Positions 1 through 7,620 of a stretch of DNA of 27,765 nt are shown here, piece by piece. Within the stretch, counting starts at the first letter, position 1, and each line of letters opens with the position of its first letter. A program made the translations under genes and the position numbers. The notes beneath the pieces were generated by a model. The model had not been told where the DNA came from and made no database searches. It was given only the letters and a program-made list of their open reading frames with translations. This DNA comes from a virus (Duplodnaviria > Caudoviricetes). The DNA lies in the IMG/VR virus record IMGVR_UViG_3300037524_000463, positions 1-27,765 of that record. The stretch is one strand, 5' to 3'.

Positions 1-201
1 GGGGACTGGAAGGCCCCCCCCCGTGTCCCGTTTGCGCAGCCCGTGTCCCGTTGCGATGTCCCGTTGCCCTTCGCCAAGCGTCAGGAGCGCCGCGCCGCCT
101 TCGCCGCCTGGCAGGCCGAGGGCGCCCCATGGCCGCCGCCCGCCGGGCTGGCGTCCGCCTGCCTCGAGCGCCTGACGCGGAGGCACCGCAATGGCTGGTG
201 A
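1..201 (+). CDS. 3' end of a hypothetical protein (5'-truncated by the window)
   Basis: Frame 1 is open from base 1 to TGA at 199-201 (...FAKRQERRAAFAAWQAEGAPWPPPAGLASACLERLTRRHRNGW). The stop overlaps the start of the next gene. Not in the ORF track. Confidence 0.45.
   Translation, partial: GDWKAPPRVPFAQPVSRCDVPLPFAKRQERRAAFAAWQAEGAPWPPPAGLASACLERLTRRHRNGW
20..67. repeat. Short direct repeats TGTCCCGTT x3 (iteron/operator-like)
   Basis: TGTCCCGTT at 24-32, 44-52 and 57-65. The first two extend to CCCGTGTCCCGTT (20-32, 40-52). Confidence 0.6.
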
Positions 202-391
202 GCCTACCCCGGAACAGATCGGCCGCTCGCACGCCCTGCAACGCTTGGCCGAATGCGCCGACACCCTCGCGACCGCACGCGAGGAACAAACCGCCGCAGA
301 CCCAGACGACGCGGCCTTCCTCGCCGCATACGCCGCAACCTGCCGGTCGATTGCCGATAAGCTGCGCAAGGCGCCGGGGGCTAGGCTGTGA
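191..391 (+). CDS. Hypothetical protein, 66 aa
   Basis: GGAGG SD upstream of ATG; helical Ala-rich product. Confidence 0.7.
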   Translation: MAGEPTPEQIGRSHALQRLAECADTLATAREEQTAADPDDAAFLAAYAATCRSIADKLRKAPGARL

Positions 392-394
392 GCG

Positions 395-598
395 TCAGCC
401 CGACCGAGGCGGCGGCGGCGGGTTTTTTTCGTGCCAGCGCGCTGCGTCTTCCAGCCACGCCGACAACTCGCCCGGTATCGGCCGGTGCCCGGACGCCCAG
501 CGCCGCACAAGCCGCTCGTCGTAGCCGATCAGCGCCGCAAAGCCGCGCTGCGACCAGTGCAGCGCGGCCAGGGCTTCGAGGAAGCGGGCGGGGGTCAT
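395..598 (-). CDS. Small XRE/Cro-like helix-turn-helix protein
   Basis: LAALHWSQRGFAALIGYDERLVRRWASGHRPIP matches the XRE HTH pattern (SQ..lA..lG.....V..W..G...iP). Confidence 0.8.
   Translation of the reverse strand: MTPARFLEALAALHWSQRGFAALIGYDERLVRRWASGHRPIPGELSAWLEDAARWHEKNPPPPPRSG
399..429 (+). terminator. Possible weak intrinsic terminator after 191..391
   Basis: CCCG-A-CCG (399-406) can pair with CGGCGGG (416-422), followed by T7 (423-429). It lies inside the antisense HTH gene, so it may be a coding artefact. Confidence 0.3.
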
Positions 599-672
599 TT
601 AAGCGCAGCCTTCTGACGTTACTTGGTTTTGGCCGTAATTTGTCAATGGTTCTAACGCCTTGCGGCGCGCCG

Positions 673-891
673 TTAGGCGCGCGCTTCTTCAGCAAACGCG
701 GCCTGAATGATGATGGCGCTTTCGGCCAGTTCCTTGCGCGCCGCCTCAATCTGCTTCGTCAGGCGGGCAATTTTGCGCTCAGCCGCCGCCTGTCGCCGGA
801 ACCCTTCCGCCTTCACTTCCCAGCGGTCCACGTCGGCCAGGCTGGCGACCTGCTGCGCGGTGTAGGTCTGAAGGTCGGAAGCGTTGAGCAT
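673..891 (-). CDS. Hypothetical coiled-coil protein, 72 aa
   Basis: GAGGG SD before ATG on the minus strand, promoter immediately upstream, heptad-like C-half. Confidence 0.75.
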   Translation of the reverse strand: MLNASDLQTYTAQQVASLADVDRWEVKAEGFRRQAAAERKIARLTKQIEAARKELAESAIIIQAAFAEEARA

Positions 892-931
892 CGGGGCAAT
901 CCCTCAATCCGGCTGGGTTCATTCCCTCGCC

Positions 932-968
932 TGTCCCTGAATATGAGGGACATGACGGCGCGACGCAA
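932..968 (-). promoter_or_regulatory. Leftward sigma70-type promoter with operator-like inverted repeat
   Basis: Minus strand TTGCGT (968-963) - 17 nt - CATATT (945-940). A perfect inverted repeat TGTCCCT-N7-AGGGACA (932-952) brackets the -10. Confidence 0.65.
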
Positions 969-1020
969 GGGGAAAATTGTAACGGGGCGCGGAATTGTCG
1001 CGCCCAACGCGGGCGCAGGA

Positions 1021-1081
1021 TTTGCGGCGCTTAGCGGTCAAGCACGGAAAGTTTCCGGTCAACCGCCCATCCCGCCGCAAA
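1021..1081. repeat. Nested inverted repeat centred on 1051
   Basis: TTTGCGGCG (1021-1029)/CGCCGCAAA (1073-1081); GCGGT (1034-1038)/ACCGC (1062-1066); CGGAAA-G-TTTCCG (1045-1057). Confidence 0.65.
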
Positions 1082-1118
1082 ACGCGCGCGCGGTAACGGG
1101 CTACCACATGGAGGCAGC

Positions 1119-1391
1119 ATGGACATGGGTGACCTAACGACCGGCGAGGCGGAAGCCTGGCGCGCGGGGTGGCGGGCGGCGCAGGAGGCGGCGGCGGGGA
1201 TCGCGCGCAAAGCGGAGCAGAACTGCCAGCACGCCGCCGTTGCCGAGTGGGGGTATTCTGACAGCCCCGTTGTTCGCGCACGCATCGAAGCCAGAGGACA
1301 AGAGGCGGGGCGAATTGCCGCCGCCATTTGCGCCATGCAGCCGCCCGCCGCCATAACCAACCCGCCCGGTCGGGCTTTGGAGGGCGGATGA
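1119..1391 (+). CDS. Hypothetical protein, about 90 aa (alternative ATG at 1125)
   Basis: GGAGG SD upstream; stop forms an ATGA overlap with the next gene. Confidence 0.7.
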   Translation: MDMGDLTTGEAEAWRAGWRAAQEAAAGIARKAEQNCQHAAVAEWGYSDSPVVRARIEARGQEAGRIAAAICAMQPPAAITNPPGRALEGG

Positions 1392-1543
1392 AGCGCTGGT
1401 TCCGCTACCCGCGCCTGTGGGCGAGCGCGCGCATCTATCCCGGCCCGCCGCTGCCGCCCGGCGCGATGCGGCAACTCGTCCTGCGCGTCGGTGTCTGGCG
1501 CGTGGCCATCGAACTTTCCATGCCATGGAGGCGCAAGCCATGA
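1388..1543 (+). CDS. Small basic hypothetical protein, 51 aa (MKRWFRYPRLW...)
   Basis: ATGA overlaps at both ends (1388-1391, 1540-1543); GGAGGG SD upstream. Confidence 0.6.
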   Translation: MKRWFRYPRLWASARIYPGPPLPPGAMRQLVLRVGVWRVAIELSMPWRRKP

Positions 1544-2016
1544 ACGCCGTCCGCAAGCGCAAGCCGCGCGCCGTTGAGCCCGTGGCCGACTACGGGCCGC
1601 GCCAGCGCCTCGACAACGGGACGGCGGTCCTTACCTACCGCGCCGATCCCGACAAGCCCCAGGCGCCCGCCATCCGCGCCGCGCGGGCCTACGTGGCATA
1701 CGAGGCGCTGCACAGTCAGGGCTTGCTCACCGACCCGGAGCGCGAGGCGGCGGATCGGATCTTGGTCGCGGCCGAACTTGTGACCGGCGCCAAGCATGGC
1801 GACGGCGGCGGGCTGCGTGGCCGAGCGTTCTGGGAGTGCGGCGGGGTGTCGCCCATGGCTGTGCAGGCCGCCGCCACGCTGCGCACGGTGGGCGAGGTGC
1901 TGGACCCGGCCACGTCCGACGCCGTGATCCGGCTGGTGTGCAACGGGTCGGGGCTGTTCTACGCACGCGCCAAGGCCGGGCTTGCGGCGCTGGCCAAGCA
2001 TTGGGGGATGGAATGA
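1540..2016 (+). CDS. DUF6456-like late transcription regulator / antiterminator
   Basis: GGAGG SD and ATG at 1540. Pattern L..L...G.L...E..AA.R ... L.....D...RLVC ... AGL.ALA.HWG resembles DUF6456 (GafA/GafZ-type). Position is just upstream of the late promoter/terminator. Confidence 0.65.
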   Translation: MNAVRKRKPRAVEPVADYGPRQRLDNGTAVLTYRADPDKPQAPAIRAARAYVAYEALHSQGLLTDPEREAADRILVAAELVTGAKHGDGGGLRGRAFWECGGVSPMAVQAAATLRTVGEVLDPATSDAVIRLVCNGSGLFYARAKAGLAALAKHWGME

Positions 2017-2234
2017 GGGGTGCTCGCAGCCTTCGCGAACTTACCCTCAAACCACAGGAAAAGCGCGTTTTGGCGCACCGCATAGGGGGCGTGATTCTGC
2101 GCGAAATCGCCGCCGCCGAGGGGATTAGCGTTGAACGCATCAGGCAGATTGAAGCCACCGCGCGGCGGCACGCCCCGGCGCACGAATGGACCCCCGAAAT
2201 GCAATACGCAGAACTGATTGCGGAAAGGTGTTGA
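2013..2234 (+). CDS. Stand-alone sigma70 region 4-like HTH protein, 73 aa
   Basis: ATGA overlap with the previous stop. LKPQEKRVL...LREIAAAEGISVERIRQIEATARR closely follows the sigma70 r4 motif L.EIg...g.sRERvRQIE..A. Confidence 0.8.
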   Translation: MRGARSLRELTLKPQEKRVLAHRIGGVILREIAAAEGISVERIRQIEATARRHAPAHEWTPEMQYAELIAERC

Positions 2235-2263
2235 CACGCCGCGCTAGGATTTGGTTGTATGGT
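2231..2263 (+). promoter_or_regulatory. Putative late promoter with non-canonical spacing
   Basis: Perfect TTGACA at 2231-2236; -10-like hexamers TAGGAT (2245-2250) and TATGGT (2258-2263, 21-nt spacer). Confidence 0.5.
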
Positions 2264-2315
2264 GTTGGCGGGACACGTGCGTCTCGCGGATTGTGGCATC
2301 TCCCTCGTGAAACTT

Positions 2316-2345
2316 GCCCGGCGGTCCAAGCGCCGGGTTTTTTTT
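2316..2345 (+). terminator. Intrinsic terminator upstream of the late operon (tR'-like)
   Basis: Stem CCCGGCG (2317-2323)/CGCCGGG (2331-2337), 7-nt loop, followed by T8 (2338-2345). Confidence 0.85.
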
Positions 2346-2356
2346 GGAGCCTCGCC

Positions 2357-2395
2357 ATGGGCAAGACGAAGAAGAAGGGCGGCCGGGGCTGCTGA
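2357..2395 (+). CDS. 12-aa basic micropeptide MGKTKKKGGRGC
   Basis: GGAG SD (2346-2349) 7 nt before ATG 2357; stop is 4 nt before the terS GTG. Confidence 0.55.
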   Translation: MGKTKKKGGRGC

Positions 2396-2399
2396 GGCC

Positions 2400-2801
2400 G
2401 TGACCGAGCGTAACAAGGGCGGACGCCCGCCGGGCGATCCTAACCACCAGCGGCGCGGCAACGGCGCAGGCTGGGGCGGCCCGGCCAAGGGCGAAGGCAA
2501 CGCTGCAAAGGGGCTGCCAGGGCCGGGCCGTGGCGTAACCGGCAAGACGGTTGCCGAGTTGATGGCAGCGCAGGGCGCGCGCGAAGAGGCCGCCGATAGG
2601 TGGATGGCCATTCTGCGCGATCCGACGCACCCCAAACACGCTGACATGGTAGCCAAGGCCGCCGACCGGCTCGACGGCGCGCCAACGCAACGCTTGGACG
2701 TGCGCGAAGCCGATCCAAACCAGATGACGGACGCCGAGCTTGCCGCAATCGCCAGCCGAGGCCGCCGCGCGCCTGCTGGAGAGGCGGAAGCGACGGAATA
2801 G
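2400..2801 (+). CDS. terS: Probable terminase small subunit
   Basis: Directly upstream of and overlapping terL; Gly/Pro-rich N-terminus, then ADRLDGAPTQR and MTDAELAAIA. GTG 2400 chosen because the longer ORF start (2259) lies upstream of the terminator. Confidence 0.7.
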   Translation: MTERNKGGRPPGDPNHQRRGNGAGWGGPAKGEGNAAKGLPGPGRGVTGKTVAELMAAQGAREEAADRWMAILRDPTHPKHADMVAKAADRLDGAPTQRLDVREADPNQMTDAELAAIASRGRRAPAGEAEATE

Positions 2802-4191
2802 CTTAGGCGCGTGGTGCGAATACGCGCTGGCCGATAAGGGCTTGGTGCCGGCCGCGCACCATCGCCTGCTGATCGAGGAACTACAGGCCGTCGCGGCCGC
2901 CCGCAACGACCGGCTTATGGTTTTCATGCCGCCGGGGTCTGCGAAATCCACCTACACCAGCGATTTGTTTCCGCCGTGGTTTCTGGCGCAGGCGCCTGAC
3001 TTGTCCATCATCGCGGCGAGCAATACCGCCGATCTGGCGCAATCGTTCAGCCGGCGCGTGCGGTCCCGAGTGCGGGAGCATGGCGCGACGCTGGGCTATC
3101 GGCTCGACCGCGAGGCCGAGGAACTTTGGACCACGACCAACGGCGGGCAATACCGCGCGGCGGGCGTGGGCGGCGTGATTACCGGCTTGCGCGCCGATCT
3201 GGCGGTGATTGACGACCCTATCCGGTCCCGAGAGGACGCGGACAGCGAGACGCGCCGCAACCGCGTGTGGGAATGGTTCAACGACGACTTGACCACGCGC
3301 CTGCGGCCTGGCGCGGGCATCGTGCTGGTGCAAACGCGCTGGCATGAGGACGACTTGGCCGGGCGCCTGCTGGAGCGCGAGCGCGGCCGGTGGCGCGTGC
3401 TGTCCCTGCCGGCCATCGCGGAGGACGCGGACGACCCGCTAGGCCGCGCGCCTGGCGCCCCGTTGTGGGGCGACGATGACTATGGCTATGGCGCGGACCT
3501 GCTGCGCAAGCGGGAAACGGCCGAATCCCGGACGTGGGCGGCGCTGTATCAGCAGCGGCCCGCGCCGCCAGAGGGTTCGCTGTTCCGGCGCGCTTGGTTG
3601 AAGCGCGAGGATGCGCCGCCGCGCGAGCGGATGCGGGTTTATGGCGCCAGTGACTACGCCGTGACCAGCGCGGGCGGGGACTTTACGGTGCATGTCGTGG
3701 TTGGCATGGACCACAACGGGCGCCTGCACTTGCTCGACGTGTGGCGGGCGCAGGAAAGCGCCGACGCTTGGGTTGAGGCGTTCTGCGATCTGGTGGCCAA
3801 GTGGAAGCCGCTGGGGTGGGCCGAGGAAAACGGGCAAATCCGCGCGGGTGTCGGGCCGTTCCTCGAGCGGCGGATGCGCGAGCGGCGGGCGTTCGTGGCG
3901 CGGCATCAATTCCCGACGCGCGGCGACAAGGCGACGCGGGCGCAGTCCATCATCGGGCGCATGGCGCTAGACGGGCTGCGTGTGCGGCCTGACGCGCCGT
4001 GGATTGCGGACCTAGAGGCCGAGTTGCTGTCGTTCCCTGCGGGGAAGCACGACGATCAGGTTGATGCGCTGGGGTTGGTTGGGCAGTTGCTTGACCAGAT
4101 GGCGGCGGGCGCGAAGCCGCCGGGCGCGGCGCCGCCGGTTGATCGGTGGAAGCGCAAGCGCGAGGGGGCGGAATCGTGGAAGACGGTTTGA
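2740..4191 (+). CDS. terL: Terminase large subunit
   Basis: Walker A MPPGSAKST, Walker B AVIDDP, QTRWHEDDLAG, ALYQQRP, and nuclease acidic motifs SDYAVT and HDDQVDAL. Confidence 0.97.
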   Translation: MPQSPAEAAARLLERRKRRNSLGAWCEYALADKGLVPAAHHRLLIEELQAVAAARNDRLMVFMPPGSAKSTYTSDLFPPWFLAQAPDLSIIAASNTADLAQSFSRRVRSRVREHGATLGYRLDREAEELWTTTNGGQYRAAGVGGVITGLRADLAVIDDPIRSREDADSETRRNRVWEWFNDDLTTRLRPGAGIVLVQTRWHEDDLAGRLLERERGRWRVLSLPAIAEDADDPLGRAPGAPLWGDDDYGYGADLLRKRETAESRTWAALYQQRPAPPEGSLFRRAWLKREDAPPRERMRVYGASDYAVTSAGGDFTVHVVVGMDHNGRLHLLDVWRAQESADAWVEAFCDLVAKWKPLGWAEENGQIRAGVGPFLERRMRERRAFVARHQFPTRGDKATRAQSIIGRMALDGLRVRPDAPWIADLEAELLSFPAGKHDDQVDALGLVGQLLDQMAAGAKPPGAAPPVDRWKRKREGAESWKTV

Positions 4192-4400
4192 CGCCATGCC
4201 CGCGCGCTGCGGCGCAGATGGCGGCGTTTGACCGCCTGCCGCCGGAATATCGCTGGTTCCTTGCGGAATACCCCCGCGCTTTCAAGGCCGAGGTTGCCGA
4301 GCGGCTGCTGATCCTCTGCGGCGGCGACGTGCAAGAGGCCATTGACGAAATTCAGGCCGCGCTGCCGGTCAGACAGGGAAACACGCATGGACGGCTATAA
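4188..4400 (+). CDS. Small hypothetical protein (DUF6525-like N-terminus)
   Basis: TTGA overlap with the terL stop; MAAFDRLPPEYRWFL motif; fills the terL-portal gap exactly. Confidence 0.65.
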   Translation: MTPCPRAAAQMAAFDRLPPEYRWFLAEYPRAFKAEVAERLLILCGGDVQEAIDEIQAALPVRQGNTHGRL

Positions 4401-6561
4401 GCGCGCCGCCTCAGGGGGCGACGACGGCGCCTCTCTGGACGACGTGCTGACGCAGCTTATCGGCTGGGTTGAGTCGTCCGAAGATGAGGGCACCGAGCAG
4501 CGCGAGGCGAGCGAGCGCGACCGCGACTATTACGACGGGCGCCAGATCACCACGCAGGAAGCCGAGGAACTGAAGGCGCGCAACCAGCCGGTTATCGCGT
4601 TCAACATGGTCCAGAGCAAGGTCGATTTCCTGCTGGGCATGGAAAAGCAGCAGCGGTCGGACCCCAAGGCGTTCCCGCGCAACCCGGCGGATGAGGACGC
4701 CGCCGAGGCTGCGACGGATGCCATTCGCTACGTGTGCGACGCGCAGAACATGCCGATGGTCGCTTCCCAGGTTTGGGAAAGCATGATCGTTGAAGGCTGC
4801 GGCGGCGTTGACGTGTGCGTTGAGCCGACGCCGGACGGGCAGGATTACGACATCGTCCTGCACCCGGTGCATTGGGACCGGATGATCTGGGACCCCTACA
4901 GCCGCGAGAAAGATTTCCGCGACGCCAAATACCTTGGCGTGATTACGTGGATGGACGAGGCCGATTTGCTGGCGCGCTGGCCCGATGCTGGCAGCACGGT
5001 GGAACTGGCCTATTCCGCCGCCACGTCGCAGGCGACGCAGACGGGGCCGTGGGAAGACCGGCCGCGCGACAACGTGTGGGCGGATGATAGCCGCCGCCGC
5101 GTGCGTGTCGTGCAGATGTATTGGAAAGAGGGCGAGGTCTGGCACTGCGGCACGTTCACGCGCGGCGGGTGGCTGGAGGAAGGCCAGGAATCGCCCTACG
5201 TGGACGAATACGGGCGGCCTGAGTGCCCGCTGTATTTCGTGAGTGCATACGTCAATCGCGACAATTGGCGGTATGGCGTGGTGCGGAACCTGATCGACCC
5301 GCAGGACGAGATCAACCTGCGCCATCGCAAGGCGGTGCATTTGCTGTCGGTGCGCCAGGTGATCATGGAAGAAGGCGCGGTTCGTGATGTGAACGCGGCG
5401 CGCAAGGAACTCGCCAAGCCGGATGGGCTGGTGGAAGTCGCGCCGGGGATGCGGTTTGAGATTCAGCAGACGGGCGATCTGTCGGCGGGGCAAGCCTCGT
5501 TGCTGCAAGAGGCCAAGGCCGTTTTTCAGACCATGGGGCCGAATGCGGCGCTGATGGGCAAGCAGGGGCAGGAGGCTTCGGGCCGCGCCATTGCGTTGTC
5601 GCAGCAGGGCGGCGCCATGGAAATCGGCGCGCTGATGGACGTGCATCGGCACTGGCGGCGCCAGGTGTATCGGGCGATCTGGCGGCGCGTGAAGCAGTAT
5701 TGGGCGCGCGAGAAGTGGGTTCGCGTCACCGATGACGAGAACAACATCCGGTGGGCGGGGCTGAACCAGCCGCAGACGCTCGCGGATATGCTGCTGGAGA
5801 TGGACGAGGCTGAGGCAATGGCCATGGTGCAGCAAATGGGCATCATGGCGGGCGATCCGCGCTTGCAGCAGGTGGTGCGCGTCAAGAACGACGTTGCGAA
5901 GCTGGACGTGGATATCGTGCTTGAGGAGGGGCCGGATATCGCGACGCTGCAAATTGAGCAGTTTGAAGCACTGGCCGGGCTGGCCAAGGCGGGGCTGCCG
6001 ATTGACCCGGTGTCGCTGATCCAGGCGTCTAACCTGCGCAACAAAGACCAAATCATTGAGCGCATGAAGTCGGGCGGGCGCGATCCGAACGAGCCGCCCC
6101 CGCCGCCGCCGCCTGAGGCGATTGAGGCGCAGGCGAACGCGAAGAAAGCCGAGGCCGAGGCGGTCGAGGCGCAGGCCAAGGCGATGATTGCGCAGATTGA
6201 GGCGCAGGCGATGGCTAGCGGTGCGATGCCGCTGCCGAACGCGCCGGCTGCTGCGCCCGAGCCCGCGCAGCCTGCCGCGCCTGCGCCCGATATGGGCGCG
6301 ATGCTGGCCGAGGCGGTGGGCGTGCTGCGGCAGGACTTGGCCGGGCTGGCGGCGCAGATGCAGCCGCAAGCCATGCGCCTGGAAATTGCGCCCGAGATCA
6401 TGGGCGCCGTTGCGGGCGTTGGTGACGCGCTGCGGGACGGCGCGGGCGCCCAGCGTGAAGCAGCCATGGCGCAGGCGCAGGCTGCCCAGGCTGCGATGGC
6501 GCCACGCCGCGTCGTGCGCGGGCCGGACGGGCGCGTGTTGGGTATGGAGGTTGGTTCGTGA
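4387..6561 (+). CDS. Portal protein, P22 gp1-like, with long C-terminal extension
   Basis: Follows terL; RDYYDGRQ, LKARNQPVIAFN, YGVVRNLIDPQDEIN, SGRAI..QQGG and DVDIVLEEGP motifs. ATG 4387 has an AGGGA SD. Confidence 0.93.
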   Translation: MDGYKRAASGGDDGASLDDVLTQLIGWVESSEDEGTEQREASERDRDYYDGRQITTQEAEELKARNQPVIAFNMVQSKVDFLLGMEKQQRSDPKAFPRNPADEDAAEAATDAIRYVCDAQNMPMVASQVWESMIVEGCGGVDVCVEPTPDGQDYDIVLHPVHWDRMIWDPYSREKDFRDAKYLGVITWMDEADLLARWPDAGSTVELAYSAATSQATQTGPWEDRPRDNVWADDSRRRVRVVQMYWKEGEVWHCGTFTRGGWLEEGQESPYVDEYGRPECPLYFVSAYVNRDNWRYGVVRNLIDPQDEINLRHRKAVHLLSVRQVIMEEGAVRDVNAARKELAKPDGLVEVAPGMRFEIQQTGDLSAGQASLLQEAKAVFQTMGPNAALMGKQGQEASGRAIALSQQGGAMEIGALMDVHRHWRRQVYRAIWRRVKQYWAREKWVRVTDDENNIRWAGLNQPQTLADMLLEMDEAEAMAMVQQMGIMAGDPRLQQVVRVKNDVAKLDVDIVLEEGPDIATLQIEQFEALAGLAKAGLPIDPVSLIQASNLRNKDQIIERMKSGGRDPNEPPPPPPPEAIEAQANAKKAEAEAVEAQAKAMIAQIEAQAMASGAMPLPNAPAAAPEPAQPAAPAPDMGAMLAEAVGVLRQDLAGLAAQMQPQAMRLEIAPEIMGAVAGVGDALRDGAGAQREAAMAQAQAAQAAMAPRRVVRGPDGRVLGMEVGS

Positions 6562-6992
6562 GCAAGGGCAACGCGACCGAAAACGACTTTGTTAAATTCA
6601 TCGCCAACGGCGTGGCGATGCCGTCCTATGGCGCGAACCTTCAGGTCAACATGCACACTGCGGACCCTGGCGAGACGGGCACCGCAACCACCAGCGCGCC
6701 GACTTACACGGGCTATGCGGCGGTGTCGGTGTCGCGCGATGTGGCGGGCTGGACGATCTGCGATGCGGTCGCGCCCTACAACGCGAACGCAAGCGGGAGC
6801 GCGTTCAAGAATGCGGCGGAAATCACCTTCCCGGAATGCACGGGCGGCAGTGACACGCTGACCCATGCTTCAATCTCGGTCGTGGCGACGGGGCAGATTC
6901 TTTACAAGGGCGCGTTGACCGACACGTTGGCGATTTCGAACACGATTACGCCCCGCTTCCCGGCGGGGACGATGGTCTTCGCGGAGGACTGA
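6558..6992 (+). CDS. Beta-rich virion structural protein (fibre/decoration-type)
   Basis: GTGA overlap with portal; HTADPGETG...YTGYA...EITFP...THAS...GQILYKGAL pattern seen in phage structural genes. Confidence 0.7.
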   Translation: MSKGNATENDFVKFIANGVAMPSYGANLQVNMHTADPGETGTATTSAPTYTGYAAVSVSRDVAGWTICDAVAPYNANASGSAFKNAAEITFPECTGGSDTLTHASISVVATGQILYKGALTDTLAISNTITPRFPAGTMVFAED

Positions 6993-6996
6993 GCGA

Positions 6997-7617
6997 ATGA
7001 CCAGCACGTTCACCCAGGTTCCGCCGGATAGCACCGGCGACAAGTTGATGATGCGCAGCTACACGCGCGGCAGTGACGTGGTGCATTCGCAGGGCGTCTA
7101 TTACGACGGGCTGCCCACCTACGGCATTCTGAACGACGCCAGCGCGGTCGCGACGAACAAGTATCATCTCTACATCCGCAACGACACGGGCAGCGGGCAG
7201 ACGGTCTACCTGCTGGGCCTCTACATCATTAACCTGCAGGTGTCGGCAGTAACGGGCGTGGCGCTGCGCTTCAACCTGCTTCGCGTGACTGGCACGCCGA
7301 CGATGACGGCGCTGACGCCATGGGCATTCAACACGGCGGACCCGGCCATCGCGGGCGTGACGGCCGGGCATACCGTCACGGCCGGCCTGACCGATGGGCA
7401 AATCCTGCGCCCGATGATCGTGTCGTCGGACGAACAGACGGCGGCGGCAACGAACCTTCAGCAGTTGGTCGATACCGTGAACCATCTGGGCATGGCGCAC
7501 CCAAACGGCCGGGCAAAGGCGCTGCGCCCTGGCGAAGCGGTGGCCATCCGGCAGCCGACGACCGGCACCGTGGGGTCCTTCGCGTTCTTGGCGCACATTG
7601 CGGTTGAGCCTGACTGA
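6997..7617 (+). CDS. Putative virion structural protein, 206 aa
   Basis: GGAGG SD, tight packing, Thr/Val/Gly-rich beta-type composition, N-terminal QVPPDSTGDK. Confidence 0.7.
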   Translation: MTSTFTQVPPDSTGDKLMMRSYTRGSDVVHSQGVYYDGLPTYGILNDASAVATNKYHLYIRNDTGSGQTVYLLGLYIINLQVSAVTGVALRFNLLRVTGTPTMTALTPWAFNTADPAIAGVTAGHTVTAGLTDGQILRPMIVSSDEQTAAATNLQQLVDTVNHLGMAHPNGRAKALRPGEAVAIRQPTTGTVGSFAFLAHIAVEPD

Positions 7618-7620
7618 TCC

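Noticed and set aside
652-676. GCAA-loop hairpin after 673..891 on the minus strand as a terminator
   Set aside because: Short stem and no U-tract.
51-1137. ORFs 51..524 and 388..1137 on the plus strand
   Set aside because: They overlap better-supported small genes and a promoter region, and have no SD or motifs.
2259-2399. Upstream extension of terS from ATG 2259
   Set aside because: It would span the promoter and the terminator U-tract; GTG 2400 fits better.
4411-6866. Long minus-strand ORFs (4411..6369, 5526..6866) opposite the portal
   Set aside because: Antisense shadows expected in high-GC coding DNA; Arg/His/Ala-rich with no motifs or SD.
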